Shown here: positions 61,822 through 64,000 of the stretch, piece by piece | How the letters are laid out: the number at the start of each line of letters is the position of its first letter | Position numbering within the stretch: position 1 is the first letter of the stretch | Assembly: GCA_000165425.1 (NCBI GenBank) | Contig: CT867986.1 | Location: 62,001-126,000 of the forward strand | DNA from: Paramecium tetraurelia | Taxonomy: Eukaryota | Direction of reading: 5' to 3' | Length of the DNA stretch: 64,000 bases | Notes under the pieces: model-generated | What the model saw: the letters and a program-made list of their open reading frames with translations, nothing else | What the model was told of the DNA's origin: nothing | Databases searched by the model: none | Made by a program: the position numbers and the translations under genes

Positions 61822-62165
61822 ATATCTTTATGTTTATTAAAAATCTAAAAATTTTCATTTTATCCTAATTTCAATATTGTTTATGATTTATTTAAAAATC
61901 AGACCAAGCTATTCTATAGAACATTTATAATTCAAAACATAAATTATTAATTAAATGCTTCTTTATAGATGAATCATATCAAATAAATAAACCTTCTCTC
62001 AACAAAATTATCCATATTTAACCATAACTATATAATTTTATGCAAAATTATTGTGATTTTATTCTATAAATATGAAAGGTAATATGCTATATGATTTTCT
62101 GATTACTTAGAAAACTAAACTGGTCAACATCGTAGAGAGTGAGAATAGTATTAGACATTTAGTCT

Positions 62166-62562
62166 CATGCTAAAATATAGTATATTTTTATAATTATTTT
62201 TTATCGAAAAGGAAAATTACAAATGGAATGAATCACTCTTATATCCATGGACTAAAACCGGTGGTTTGAAGTGCAACTGAATTATTTTTGGGTACTTATA
62301 CTTTTGGCAATATCTTTTTGTAGTTTTTTTCTCTTCTTTCATGAAAGTAATATTATTATTTTTTATTTTATGTTTCTTCAACACTTCTTCTAAGTACTCT
62401 CAATTACAATTAACCATATTGCAATGCTCCAATTAAGGATGGTTTTTCTTATTGTTTGATATTTGGCAATTTAATCTATTCTTAACTTAGATTTGCATTA
62501 AGGAATGATGAACAATCAGTTGAACATGATGAATGTCTGTACAATCTTAAATTCCTATGCAT
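62166..62562 (-). CDS. Small hypothetical protein; 3' end uncertain
   Basis: MHRNLRLYRHSSCSTDCSSF... with a probable 25-nt intron. Confidence 0.35.
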
Positions 62563-62615
62563 ATATTAAAATTATACAATTTATAATAATAAATATTATA
62601 AGTGTTATATTTAAT

Positions 62616-62996
62616 TCATTTCTATTTATGCAGCAAGGTAATCCTATGGACATTTTTTAATAAACATTTTTATCTGATTTTTCTTTTTAATTCGCTATCA
62701 ATTTAGGGATCAGGCATATTTAATAATGGTTAAGATAAAGATGGAGATTCAAAGGGTTTCCTTCTACCGAATTTATTGTTCTGGCAATAGGTTTCATTAG
62801 CAGTACTCTCATTTCCAATCATAATTCTACTCACTTGAAGAGATGGCAATTTGAGTTTAAAGTTCCTCCTGCTTTTAAAATAAAATGGAACAACTTGATC
62901 TTAATCATTCGATTCAGTATTTATAAATTTTAAAGCATTATTTTAAAATATCTCTAACTTCCTTGAGCTCACATTATTAATGTTTTATTTATTCAT
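62616..62996 (-). CDS. Small hypothetical protein (126 aa)
   Basis: Intronless ORF MNKQNINNVSSRKLE...RRNFKLKLPSLQV...ITLLHKQK*. Confidence 0.55.
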
Positions 62997-63100
62997 ATTA
63001 TTAATAATAATAATTGACTCTTATTGGCAATCATTATTGATTAACTGATTGGTTAGTAAATATTTAAATATAAAACCAATAATTATCATCATATGACAAA

Positions 63101-64000
63101 TCAAGATATATAGCAAGAACAACTATCGCCAACATCTTATTCTTAAATAACATTATAATCTTTCCAATTATCTACTATGTTAACGTCTATCAAGCCAATG
63201 TTCGGAATGACATCATCTCTAAAACTAATTTAATGATTCTTATCATTTTTGAGTATTTCGTGATGAAACATGTCAATCCTGGTTTTTTATTAATTTTGTT
63301 TTGAATTGTTCTCAGATGTTATTTTTTCGAATATCTCATTGAGCTCCTCCATATCCGTCCAACTATCTCCGTTACATTACGAGACTTGAATCATTATTTA
63401 GCTATAGTTTTGTATTATTAAAATATTAAACAATATTACATACTAGATATTAATACTAAATATTATTAGAATCAAAAATCAAGAAGTTATAAAATTTTCT
63501 TCTTTTAATCGTCTCTCTCAAATTAACTTTACTTTTTCTCGCAAAATCTTTCTAATAATGAAATGGCTTCCAAATCATGCTGGTTACTTTTATCTAAAAT
63601 GAAATGCGATAGTTAAGTTGAAAAGACCTGCTAATTGGTATCAGGATCCAAAAGAATTTGAGTTATTTTTGCTTTATTCATCACTAATTCCTCAAATTCT
63701 GAATACTCCAATATTTTAAATTGTAAACCTCCATCCCTTTAATGAATTTATTCTTCTTAATTAAAATCTTATTTAATCTATTTCCCTTAACCAACATCCC
63801 TTTATTTCATTTATTACTCTTAAGCAACCTTTTAATTAATTAACTCTTTTTTTTCTTCTATCCTTTAATTGATTTACTCTTAAAATGATGCATCATCTAT
63901 TTGCGTCTGGTCTGGTCTGAATGAGGTAAAACCAAATTGTTATACACTCGTATCCTAAATTTCAGATATTTCTGATATAGATTATTAAAAAATGGAATCT
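63101..64000 (-). CDS. Hypothetical protein, 5' end outside window, ending in a CaaX-like motif
   Basis: Coding-like frame ending ...DVGDSCSCYIS*. Confidence 0.55.

Overview
This is a gene-dense, very AT-rich eukaryotic window that looks like Paramecium macronuclear DNA (aurelia-type, probably P. tetraurelia or a sibling). TAA/TAG read as Gln, TGA is the only stop, introns are tiny (about 21-37 nt, GT..AG) and many intergenic gaps are under 100 nt. The supplied standard-code ORF track therefore fragments every gene, so I re-translated by eye with the ciliate code. About 30 genes are visible: an acyltransferase-3 protein, a START protein, a RING+PHD protein, an SLC38A9-like transporter, INO80, trichocyst matrix protein T4, PRP8, a PTEN-like phosphatase, a TmcB-like PAS membrane protein, a claudin-like tetraspan, an outer-dynein docking-complex subunit, an AGC kinase, PP2C, a 7TM receptor-PIP5K fusion, a second trichocyst-matrix-family gene, an Aurora-like kinase, ERO1, a RING-CH ligase, a Rab, two cyclins, a TTLL6-like glutamylase, a large type-I membrane protein and several hypotheticals. 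Two things stand out. (1) The otherwise highly conserved PRP8 has two single-base +1 frameshifts and an in-frame TGA; assembly error or recent pseudogenisation is more likely than recoding. (2) There is a cAMP-receptor-like GPCR fused to a PIP5-kinase. I found no RNA genes, transposons, telomeric repeats or CRISPR arrays, and no clearly new biological system. Coordinates are hand-read and intron boundaries are inferred.
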